NCBI GenBank assembly: GCA_001179505.1
Contig: CDMY01000493.1
Coordinates: 1-64,000 of the forward strand
DNA: 64,000 nucleotides
Direction of reading: 5' to 3'
Origin: Vitrella brassicaformis CCMP3155
Lineage: Eukaryota > Protista > Chromerida
The translations under genes and the position numbers were made by a program. Position 1 is the first letter of the stretch. The number at the start of each line of letters is the position of its first letter. Below the pieces are notes generated by a model that saw nothing but the letters and a program-made list of their open reading frames with translations, had not been told where the DNA came from and did no database searches. Shown here in pieces: positions 12,907-24,497 of the stretch.

Positions 12907-13494
12907 ATGACGTCCATCAGTGTCTTGCTGATGAGTCTGTTGGTGGTCATCAGCCCTGCCGAAGCAGTGATGGACGCCAAACAGGTCAGTCATACAGCGG
13001 AAGAACAAATGGGCAGCGCTTCTCATGTATGTGTGCCTGTCGTGCAGTCTGCCGGTTTCGTCCTCTTTCGCCGTCCCATCCCGCCCATCAGTGTGCCCTC
13101 GTCGGCCAACCGCATTGCGTATCGCCGCGACCCCAAAGTGACGGTGGCCAGCTCAACCATGGACCTCCTTCATGCCTTGACCGCCTCAGTAGACGTGAAG
13201 GTCTGGGTGAACATCACTACCAACAAGAGGAAGAGGGGCACGTACGGCGTCAAATGCACTCCCGACAAGCCTCTTGGCATCGTCCTGGACCGGGCTTGTG
13301 AGGAGGAGATTACCTCGTCAATCCTCAAAGGTCTCGACAGCTATGCCTTCGTGTACAACGGGACGCAGCTGGCTGTGAGCGACACTGTGGCCGAGGTGCT
13401 GGAGAGGGCCGGCAACAACGCAGCCAACGCCATCACACTCGAAGTCACCAAAGCACCGAGTAAGCCAACCAGCGAGGCAGCCAGACAGCCGTAG
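12907..13494 (+). CDS. Ubiquitin/SUMO-like (beta-grasp) domain protein with bipartite signal plus transit leader
   Basis: Signal peptide MTSISVLLMSLLVVISPAEA, one intron at about 12985-13047, then a basic transit-like segment (AGFVLFRRPIPPISVPSSANRIAYRR). The domain reads VKVWVNIT...YGVKCTPDKPLGIVLDRAC...YAFVYNGTQLAVSDTVAEV...ITLEVT. Confidence 0.7.
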   Translation: MTSISVLLMSLLVVISPAEAVMDAKQVSHTAEEQMGSASHVCVPVVQSAGFVLFRRPIPPISVPSSANRIAYRRDPKVTVASSTMDLLHALTASVDVKVWVNITTNKRKRGTYGVKCTPDKPLGIVLDRACEEEITSSILKGLDSYAFVYNGTQLAVSDTVAEVLERAGNNAANAITLEVTKAPSKPTSEAARQP

Positions 13495-13646
13495 GATGAT
13501 GCAGGGAGGTGGCGGGAGGGGTCATGGGAAGAGCGGGAAGGAGACAGAGGACGGGTAAGTAACATACGGACACGTGTGTGTCTGTGTGTGCGTTCGTGTC
13601 AGCGAAGGCACGTGTGAACAGACGACGCGCGAGGCGCCGCTTCAGG

Positions 13647-13742
13647 GGCTCGAGCGTCGATGAAGGGCTTTATGAGGCTCTCATAGATGACAGAGGCTCG
13701 AGCGTCGATGAAGCGCTTTATTATGCTCTCATTTGTGATGAT
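13647..13742. repeat. Imperfect tandem duplication, 2 x 48 nt
   Basis: ggctcgagcgtcgatgaagggctttatgaggctctcat... at 13647 and ggctcgagcgtcgatgaagcgctttattatgctctcat... at 13695. Confidence 0.9.
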
Positions 13743-14911
13743 GATTGATCGCTTGGTACTGAATCTGCCCGGCTCCAGCTCTACGGCTACAGGCTCGACC
13801 CGCAAACAATCGCCCCAATCCGGCCTTTCTGTCTGCTTGCTGACCACTCTGATGTCGGCTGCCATCTGTCTGTGTCTGCAGTGCCTGAGGCTTTACGCGG
13901 TAGCGATGCCGCCGGCGAGTTTGGCATTGAGTGCGCCAGGCCGCTGCTCATGGGGCCTTGACGACTACTGCAACCTGACGACTTGGGCGTCCGTCCATGT
14001 GTTGCTTCGGGTGTGAACTGAGGAGGACAGCTCGCCAGACAACTACCACCTCAGCCTGATCTGGTTGATGGCTTCACACACACGCAGGCCGCCTGACTAT
14101 TTCACATGTGCGGATCTGCCATCAAGTAGGGGCGGGAAAGGAACGGATGTGTAGTGTAGTGTGAAACACGAAGGTTTTTCGTTTGTATATTATGTGCGGC
14201 CCATCCTGCCTCTCTGTGTGTGACTGACTCTCTCGACTGATGGGTGTTCTTAGTTTGTCGACCAGTGAGCCGGTCTTCCTTGGTTGGTGTGGTGTGTGGT
14301 GTGTGTGGGACTCGGCGAGTGAATGAGTGCACACATGGCATCCGGCGGCCGGCCGTGACGACAAAGTGAAGGATGTCTGTGGGGTGTGATTGACGTCTGT
14401 GTGATGTGAGGGTGAGGTCAAGTGACAGACAGACAGACGGGCAGCCCTACACGTGTGGACATCGTCGAATGGAATGGGTGAAGGCATGCATCATTATTGT
14501 GCAAGCTTGACTGATATTGAGTCGGTTGACACACATGTCAAGAGTCACGCACATGCACCACACACACGCGCCACTCTGTCTGTATTTCTGCCGACTCAAC
14601 CAACCACTCATTCATTCACTCATTCACTCAGTCCACCGTTGTGTCAATGAAGGCGTCCCACACCAACCACACAACGAGGGAGAGAGAGCACCAAACCGTC
14701 TCGCATCCATCCATCCGTCCATCACAATCAAACCATTACCCATACCATTCCCATACACACATCAACGTCGACAACCAAAGCGAGACGGATGGCGGCCGTC
14801 GCGAAAACATCCGCGGAAGCCTCCAATCGCCTGTCTGTGGCTGTCTGTGTCGGTGTGCTGTGTGGTGCATGGCATCGATCCATGGGTGTCTGTTTGTCTG
14901 TGTGTGTCAGG

Positions 14912-15159
14912 TCATCTGAACTGCGGCCTCTGCTGGTAGCCGCCGCCGGGTCTGGGGCCCTGGCCCTGCTGAGTGGTCGAGATGATGTGGATGTTGGGCA
15001 GATCCATCTTCAACTCCCTAGCGAGGGACGGACAGAGGGACGGAGGGACACACCAAGAAGACCGTCACCATGTGGATGAATGGATGGATGGATGGAAGGA
15101 TTGCCCTATCGGCGGATCTGTCTGCCTGTCTGTCTGTCTGTCTGTGGGCCTGTGTGTGC

Positions 15160-15191
<32 letters not shown>

Positions 15192-15765
15192 CCCTTCCTC
15201 CCTCTCTACATACTTGAGCATTTCCTTGGTGTCTGCGTCGACGTGGATGGAGTCGGTCTCGACCTCTGACCGCTCGGGGATGAACTCCATCCGCCGCTCC
15301 CGCTCCTCCTCCTGGAGCTTCAAAGAGATGCCTCGCACGGGTCCCTTCTGGATGCGCTTCATCAAATGCTAACACACACACACACACATGGCAGATATCA
15401 GCAAAGCGAGGCTCTCGTATGGTGTGGCGGCTGGATTGGGTGTGGTCGTTCGTACAGTGACGAAGCCGGCGATTTTGTTCCTGAGTCGCTTGGAGGGGAT
15501 GATGCCCACCTCCTCCGAGATCTTCTTGTTGATCTGGAAGTCCAGCGTCAGCCTACACACACGCACACGGTAGATCTGTCATCTGCGGCGGCGGGTGCGT
15601 GTCTGTGTGTGTGCTCACTTGGAGTAGTACTTCTCCACTATCATCCGCGCGGCCCTCTTGACCGTCTTGGTGCGCACACGACCCTGACACACACAACCAA
15701 CACACAGCAGACGACAAACGGCGAGATTCGGACTCGCTGCAGGCTGCGTGCCTGTGGCTCACCAT
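14912..15765 (-). CDS. RPS17: 40S ribosomal protein S17 (eS17)
   Basis: M|[22 protein letters not shown]|[32 protein letters not shown]|[36 protein letters not shown]. The first coding exon is the ATG alone. Confidence 0.97.
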
Positions 15766-15968
15766 GGTGGTTCACACACAGGCGTTGCTGCGTTGGCGCG
15801 TCGATGCCAAATTGCGAGCTCAGCCGCGCCTCAGTTGCGAGCTAAAGCTCAGAGGGAGATCTGCAAGCGAAGAAAGAAAAGGAAAATAGAACAGCTGGAG
15901 CGTTTGTAGACGACGTGATTTGATAAGATGGAGGTGAACTTGAGTTGATCGGAGATTGCCCTTCCGCG

Positions 15969-17776
15969 ATGGTGCACTGCTCATCGTCGAGCCTCAGGCT
16001 GACCCTGTCGACAGGCATGTCCTTCATGCACTCGTTCGTGCTGCTGCTGGCCCAGGTGCCCGCCACCAACGTGCCCCGGTGCCCGCCGGCCTTTCTGGTG
16101 CCCTGGTGGGAGAAGGGCGCTCTGCGGCAGAATGGCAGCGCTTCGCGGCAGTGGAACAACGTGCAGGTGGCACACACACATGACATAACCATACACACAA
16201 ACATACATACAAAGAGGAAACGGTGTTGTTGTTTGGTGTGTATTGACTGTGTGTGTGTGGCTGTGCAGGTGGTGGTGGATGTTGACGACACCATCAAGTC
16301 CAGCGGCGGATGGCGGATTCTCAACATTCCCATCGGCGGCATCGACACACAGTGAGAGAGGAGAGGACCCACAAGGAGATCTCGAGGGCAGAGGGAAGGA
16401 AATGATGCCTGCCTGTCTGTCTGCCTGTAGGTATGACCGTGGCGTCTTCTACCCCGGTGCATCCCAGTTTGTGTTTGAGCTGGCGACCCACCAGCCGCGG
16501 CCGTCCAGCCCGCCTCGAAAAATCGGCAACAGTGTCAAGCCCCTGCCCCTCGCTGTCCTCACCGCCCGCATTCCCCAGGTGCCCATCAAGCGCACCTCCA
16601 CTGTCTTCCGGCGGTTCAGGGAGATTGCCAATGAAAACAACTATGCCGAGTGGGGAATCGACCTCAGAAATGGGTGCGTGACGGAGTGGTGGGACAGACT
16701 GATGGGCGATGGATGGATGGATGGATTGTGTGTCAGTGTGTTGTATTCGACGCTGAAGCAGTGGGTGTTTCAGTGGACCAAGGGGGACCGTAAGTTTGAG
16801 AACTTCGAGCTCCTCAAACAGAGACGGAGGCGGCAGTTTGGACACGACAAAGTCAAGTGAGTCAGGATTGACCCATTGCAGCATGGAGCAGACACACGGA
16901 TATTCAGACAGACAACCCCTTTTCTCTCTCTGTGCGCTGTGGTTTGGTGTGGTGTGGTGTAGGTATGTGTGGGTGGGCGACACGGGCGAGATGGACAGAG
17001 AGGCCGGCGAGATGATGGCCAGGAAGCACCCCGAGAGCATCCTGTAAGCATTTCAATGACAGCAAACATCCATCCATCCATCCACCCACCACCCATCCAT
17101 CCATCCAATCAATGAATGAGTGTGTGTTCGCCTGTCGCCGCGCTGTTCAGTGCCGTTTTTCTGCATTATGTGTCCGAGCGACACCATCTGCCCGCCGAGC
17201 TGCCCGAAGACTACTCAGTCAACGGCACTCCCATCTACTTCTTCAGGTGCCCTCCCACCACACACACACACATATCCCATCCACCCCTCCCCATGTGTGT
17301 GTATGTGTGTGTGTAGGACTTACATCGGTGCGGCCAGCAAGGCGGCTGCCAGCAGCCTGATCAGCGGCGACTCCTTGGTGCGTGTGGTCAACCGTGCGGT
17401 CAAGGACCTCGACCGCATGAACGTCAGGGCCACCTCTTCCAAGTGGAGGGACCTCAGAATGGACTTCGAGGTAAGCACACACCATTCCCTTCCTCCCACC
17501 CTGTCTGTGTGTGTGTGTGTGTGTGTGTGTCAGGAGGCCGAGCGGTTGCTGGGCCCGTGGCGGAAGTTCAGAGACCCCGCATGGCTGGAAGCCAAGAAGG
17601 CGCTTGAAGACAAGTTCAACCCCACAGTGCTCGCAGACAAGCAGCGGAAAGGCAGCAGCAGTGGGTCAAGGACTTATCGACCTGTGTCAGCACAGCAACC
17701 GCCCCCACCCCCTCCCCCTCAGCAGCCGCCACGGCCACAGCAGCAAGGCGCTGCCTTCGCCTTCGTGTTCGAGTGA
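15969..17776 (+). CDS. App1-like (DUF2183) HAD-family phosphatidate phosphatase homologue with targeting leader
   Basis: HAD motif I VVVDVDDTIKSSGG, motif II LAVLTARIP, and motif IV YVWVGDTGEMDREAGEMM. About 8 exons. The start could be 15969, 16017 or 16026. Confidence 0.8.
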
Positions 17777-18656
17777 TGATTCGTATCTTGATGGTTGATG
17801 TGCGGCCGAATGTGTCTGAGTGATGTGCTGTTGTGTTGGGAGGCTTTTTGGTCAGCCAGTCAAGTCTGGTGTGTGTTACTTAGTCAGTTAGCCCTTCCTT
17901 CTCGCTCGCAAAGATGGCCTTTTTGTGTCTGGTGGGCGGTGGGCGGCGGGGCGGCTGGTGGCAAGAGGTATTTGTTTGTTGTCCCGGCCGTGCGAGGAGG
18001 GAAAAGAAGAGAGCGGCTGTGTGAATGAATGGAGAGCCTGAGAGGCTCAGTTTTGCCTTCTTGGTTGCAGATACCTGCCGGTGGGTACCTAGATTGACTG
18101 ATTGGCGAGAATGAGATGGATGGATGGATGCGTGTGGGTTCACGTGGGTTTTGGCATATCCACTGTTAGAAGAATGCACGATTGCCGTGGCTGATCGATC
18201 GATCGGTTCAAAACAGGCCGGTCTGTCTGTCTGCACCGCGACACGAATGCACTCACGCGTTACCACCTACCTACCGAGAGCACCTCACTCACACAACACT
18301 CACGCTCACGCCACACACACACACACCACACACATGGTTCGATTCAGGCACGCTTTGCGCGTGGATGCGTAGCAGATGGATCCGGCCGGCCGGCCAGCCA
18401 GCCACACTAAAAAGATAACAGACAGGCACATTGATTCGTTCATTCTTTCCGTCCCATGGCCACAGCGTCCGTCCGTCTAGGCAGTCCGCCCCGCCCCGCC
18501 CGCCGCCCATTGGGGCATCACTCAATCAACCGACCAACCAAGCAGCCCACCGGAGAGAACAGGCAGATAGATAAAGTCCCCTCCCTCCCTCCTCCCTCGG
18601 CGTGTCTGTCTGAGTGAGTGTGCCTTGATCGGTCTGATCTGATCGGTCTATCTAGA

Positions 18657-19494
<838 letters not shown>

Positions 19495-19680
19495 TCAAGG
19501 ATCGTTAGGGCAGGGTCGATGACAGAAATCGCCTTTGGCAGTCCCCTCTCGGTGATCCGTCGTCGGCTTCTGGTCACCCATAGCAGCCTGAAGAGTGTGG
19601 AGGACGACTGTGACACCCGGCTGTCACGTTAGGTGGCAGGGACGGGCGCTCTGGAGCCGTCGACGCCTCAAGGTGGTGAA

Positions 19681-22600
19681 ATGGGTGACGGCGAGAGCGG
19701 TGGGGGCTCAGCAGACGACGACCCCTCCGCCGTATGTCACTTCGAGCGCCTGGGGCAGCCGGCCGATTGCCTGTGCTTGGTCTTCCTCACTGCAAGGTGC
19801 GCGCGATATTGACGAATAACAACTCCACACACAAAGGAAAGGCCCCAATATGGGTGTAATTGCGTGTGTGTGCGTGTGTGTGTATGAGTGTGTTCAGGGA
19901 GTTGGGTCGGATGTGCCGGACGTCACGCGCCTTCTGCCATGGGATAGTCCCCGGTGCGTCGGAGCTCATCATCAGCCTCAAGTACGGCTACGCAGCGGCC
20001 GACCTTCCCTCCCCTGAGGCACTCCGCACCACTCGGGCCGCGACCACGATCCTCCCCCTCTCATTTGCGTTTCCCTGCCCATCGCCCTCTCGCCAGTCGC
20101 TGCTGACACTGCTGCCGGCGTCGTTGCGTGGGGCTGGAGGTGGTTCGGTGTGTGTGGATGGCACCAGCAGCACCAGCAGCAGCAGCGGCAACGGGAATAG
20201 CAATAGCACTGGTCGGCCGGCTGTGGCTGAGGCGGCGGTATCTTTGTGTCGGCTGAGATTTTTGGAGTACTGCCACACAAGGCAGCCCACACTGCAGGGT
20301 CAGTCAGTGACAGTGACTTTTAGCTTAGCTAGCTGAGCTGGTGTGATTGAGTGGCAACGGTCCGTTCCGTGTGCCGTTGATTGTATGTCCGTGTGTGTGT
20401 GTGTGTCTGTGTGTGCAGGGGGGTTGAACTATTCGGTGTTGGTTGACGGCAGCCGAGGTCGTGTGCTGAGTTTCGGCGACGGTGCGTGCGGCAAGCTGGG
20501 GCTGGGCGACAGAGTCGACCGCACAAGACCCACACACATCGGTATGTGCACACACACGTAGCCAACCGACCAACCAACCAAGGGCAGCATTGTCAACGAG
20601 TGTCATGACGCTCTCTCTCTCTCTCTCTCTGTCTTTCCGCTTGTCCAGAGAGGTTTGGTTCTCGTACTGATGGTGGTGCCGGTGACGGTAGTGTTGGTGT
20701 CGGTGTCGTCGACGAGTGTGTGGGCATCAGCTGCGGCGACTTCAACACGGCAGCCCTCACAAAGGACGGACGGCTGTTCACCTGGGGATACGACTGCACA
20801 GAGAAAAGTACACACACACACACACACAGAGGCACACCAAAGACAAAACCGACCATGCCATCTGTGACAGCAGATCGTGCAAGCGGCCCCTTGTACGCCG
20901 ACCACCTTGCCCCAGTGCCTGTATCGCTCCCCCGCCCCCAGCCTGGCATGATGACCACCGCCACCATTACCCAGGTGGCGTGTGGCGGCGGGCACACCCT
21001 CATGGTGTCGGCCGACGGGCGGGCCTGGAGTTTCGGGTGCGGCGTGGACGGACAGCTGGGGCTCAACGAGCGGGCCGACAAGCTCACACCACAGCTCGTA
21101 CACGTACCCGCTGCTGCAGATGCCGCTGCTGCTGCCGCCGGTGATGAGAGTGGCGAAGTGCAGCAGGGGAATGGGCGGCAGAGAGTGGTGCAGGTGAGTG
21201 ACTGAGTGAGTGAATGGGGCAGAGAGCGCAACACAGAGACGGGCGGATGTGTCGGTGTGTCATGCATGTGTGTGGTGTGTGTCGTGTGTGCATGTTTTTG
21301 TGTGTGGGTGACAGGTTGCGGCCGGTCGTCGGCACAGTTTGCTGCTGACGCTGGTTGGTGAGGTGTACAGCTTCGGCGAGGGGTCGCACGGCCGACTCGG
21401 ACTGGGACACAGGCGAGACGCACTCATTCCCACGCGCATTCGACACATACGCGGTGCGCACTCACTCCCAAGCCCGGCCAGACACACGAACACCCATTCA
21501 ATGTGTGTGATGTGTGTCTGCTGCATCAGACACCAGTGGCACCTCGACCCCCAGCAGTGCGTCAGCGTCGAGTGTGCCGACGTCGGCCCTGTCGCCCTTT
21601 GTGTCCATCGCAGCCGGCGGTTTCCACAGCGCCTTCATCGACTACGAGGGCCACATGTACACATGCGGCAGGGGCAACTATGGCTGCCTCGGACACGGAG
21701 GCGCCGAAGAGGTCAGTCCAGTCAGTGACCAACCCCCCATACACACAACACACGTGTCCTCCTTGTGTGTGTGTGTGTCAGGATGAGCTGTGTCCGCGGC
21801 ATGTGGTCTCCCTGCGGCACACCCCCATTGCCACAGCGGCCCTGGGCGCCCACCACACGTTGGCCCTCACACGTGCCCGGCAGGTCTTTGCGTGGGGTCA
21901 GGGCGGCTTCGGGCGGCTGGGGCTCGGCGAGGGCGCCACCGACACTGTGCTGCCGCAATTGATTCGGGCGCTGCGGGGAACGGTACATATACCGTGGGAA
22001 GTGCGTGTGTGGGCGCCATCACGATTGTGTGTTGTGTTGGGTGCAGCGTGTGGTTGAGATAGCCGCTGGGGACTATCACTCCCTGGCCAAGACGGAGCAA
22101 GGCCGGGTGAGCAAGCGAGATGTTATGACACTTAACACACAGATAGGCGCCTTGTGTTGCTTCATCTCATCTGGTATGGTATGGTGTGGGTCGTGTGTCA
22201 GGTGTACACGTGGGGTAGGGGCTCTGAGGGCGAGCTCGGCCACAACGACGCCAACAACGAAGACCAGTATACACCCAGGTACACACAAACAACACAACAC
22301 AACACAGCCGCAAAACCGCACATGCCATTCATTCCCTCTCATTCATTCACAATAATCATCCTCAGGCTCCTGCGTCTGTCCGCCCCCGCCCCCTCCCAGC
22401 ACCACCCCCGCTCCCGACGCAAATCGTCATCGGCCACCACCACCAGCGAGCCATCCAGCAACAGCAAGCAGGCCCCCGTCTCCCCACCCACCCCCCTCTA
22501 CCCCCTCATCTCTCCCAACGGCGAGCCCTCCACAGCCATGCGGCTGCCGCAGTCGCCCTCACTGATAATGGGCTCGCCGCTGACGTGTAAGAAGCGCATG

Positions 22601-23050
22601 CCCAGAGACCCTCAGAGCAGCGACCACGATGGCGCATCCGAGGGCCCATCCCGTCCCTTCTTCTCGCCGCCATGGAAGCGGCCAGAGAGGGAGGCGGTGC
22701 CGCCACCGGCCTCGCCATTGCCGGCGCTGCAGCAGGAAGCGCCAGACTCCCCGGGTGTGGGTGTGGGTGGGGATGAGGGCGGGCAGCCGTGGAAGCTGCC
22801 CCCGCACCCCCACGCTGCTGCTGGCGCCTCTGGGTCGTCTTATTTTGGTATCAGTAGTCTCTTTGCGGGGGTGCTGGGGCGGGGGTTTGGGAAGAGAGAG
22901 AGTGAGGGTGACAGTGGTGCCAGGGAGGGAGAGGTGGGGAGGGACGTTGTCCTTGTAGAGGGGAACGGTATCGGTGAGAGGGCAGGGGACGATGGTGACG
23001 GTGAGGGTGACCTTGATCGCAGCCCGCGAGTGTGTCTGTGTCACCACTAG
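19681..23050 (+). CDS. RCC1-repeat (beta-propeller) protein with an F-box-like N-terminal segment
   Basis: Multiple RCC1 repeats (VLSFGDGACGKLGLGD, AWSFGCGVDGQLGL, VYSFGEGSHGRLGLGH, VFAWGQGGFGRLGLG, VYTWGRGSEGELGH). The N-terminus reads LCLVFLTAR|ELGRMCRTSRAF. Confidence 0.9.
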
Positions 23051-24497
23051 CTCGTTGTTGCCGGACAGACGGACAGACGGACAGACGGACGGGCGATACG
23101 TGAGTGACTAGTCAGATAGGCAGTCAGGTAATTGTATTGTCATTGGTGTTGGTGCTGGTCTTTTTAACACACACACACACACATCCACTCAGTCGTGGCA
23201 TGTTCGTGTTGTGCCAATAATACAACAAGCGTAGATACAGCATAGCATACACAGTCGTGGATACTTTCTTCTCTCTCGACACACATCCATTCACACACAC
23301 ACTATCGGTGTGTTGTGTTGTTTGCTGTGTACATAGTAGCCGTGTGCATATTACAGGGAGGGAGGCGCGGGGGGAGGGATGGGGGGGCACAATGGCAGAA
23401 TGGCTGGCACACACATGTGTGTCCTGTGTAAGCACTCGAGGCACTCGCTGAGAGCTCTGTCTCACTGGACGATGGATGCTCGATCCCACTCTTTTGGGTC
23501 GCCTGTGATGATTTCTTGCCCGTCTCACGGTGTCTTTTGATCCCAGAGCATCTCCTCCATTCTTGCCGCTTGTGCAACTGAGCGGCGAGGACCGAGAGGT
23601 GGCTGTGGACCAAAAGGACACCGTGACGGCAAGGATACATCAGGCAATTGTGAGATGAGGACGGGGGAAGAACTGTCGACGGTAATGTCATTGGATGGAT
23701 GGATGCGGGACCTCCTGGATGCATGATCTGTTTCACTGCTGTCTGTCCGTCTCTCTGCGTGTCGTCCGGGTGGATGAGATGCGCTGCCTGTTCCCGTTGA
23801 CAGGGGAATGGGCAGTCCCTCGACGCCAGCCGGGCTACACGCCGAGAGACAGACAGCAGGGAAGAGCTGACGATGATGTGTGCTATGCCCCTCTCAAGCC
23901 ACCACATGAGTGTGCTGTTGCTGCCTGTCTGGGTAAGTATTACGTGTAGCGAGTGCGTAATCGTATATACTCACACAAAGACCAACACATGCATGTGTAA
24001 CATGCTGCTGCAACTATTACACAGTAGGGGGTCGATCCAACCAATCGGTGCATATTTTCCTCGCGAGACCGAGTTGGATCGACCCCTCCCCCCTCCCACA
24101 CACACCTTCTCTTCGCCTGAGTCAGACAGACAGAATTCGTAAGTCAGGGGCCGGGGGCCTTCCCTGCCCGTGTGCCCTGTGCTGTGCTGTGTTCGGTGTA
24201 CAGTCAAAGCCACCCATACATTCACTCTAAGATTCATTCAGTCAAGGGCCGATCTCGCATACGTGTGTATGCGTGTGTGTGTGTCGTGTGTGGATGCGAC
24301 CACTTTTTCAACTGACGGTGGGTGAGGTGGGCACATTACACATGTGTTTGTATGTGTGTGTGGGTGCCCCGAGTACGTGTGTGGACAAACACATTGACTA
24401 GATGGCTGAAACCCTCCAGTGCCAAAAAACAGTAACGTACACAGAACAGCAAATGCCTCAACACACACACATCACACACAGATACCTCAAGGAATAG

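Noticed and set aside
15763-15765. RPS17 first coding exon consisting only of ATG
   Set aside because: This is common in eukaryotic ribosomal protein genes and not novel.
23511-23930. Possible extra + strand exons (FLARLTVSFDPRASPPFLPLVQLSGEDREVAVDQKD...)
   Set aside because: No start codon or convincing link to the RCC1 gene, and no recognisable motif. It cannot be supported without transcripts.
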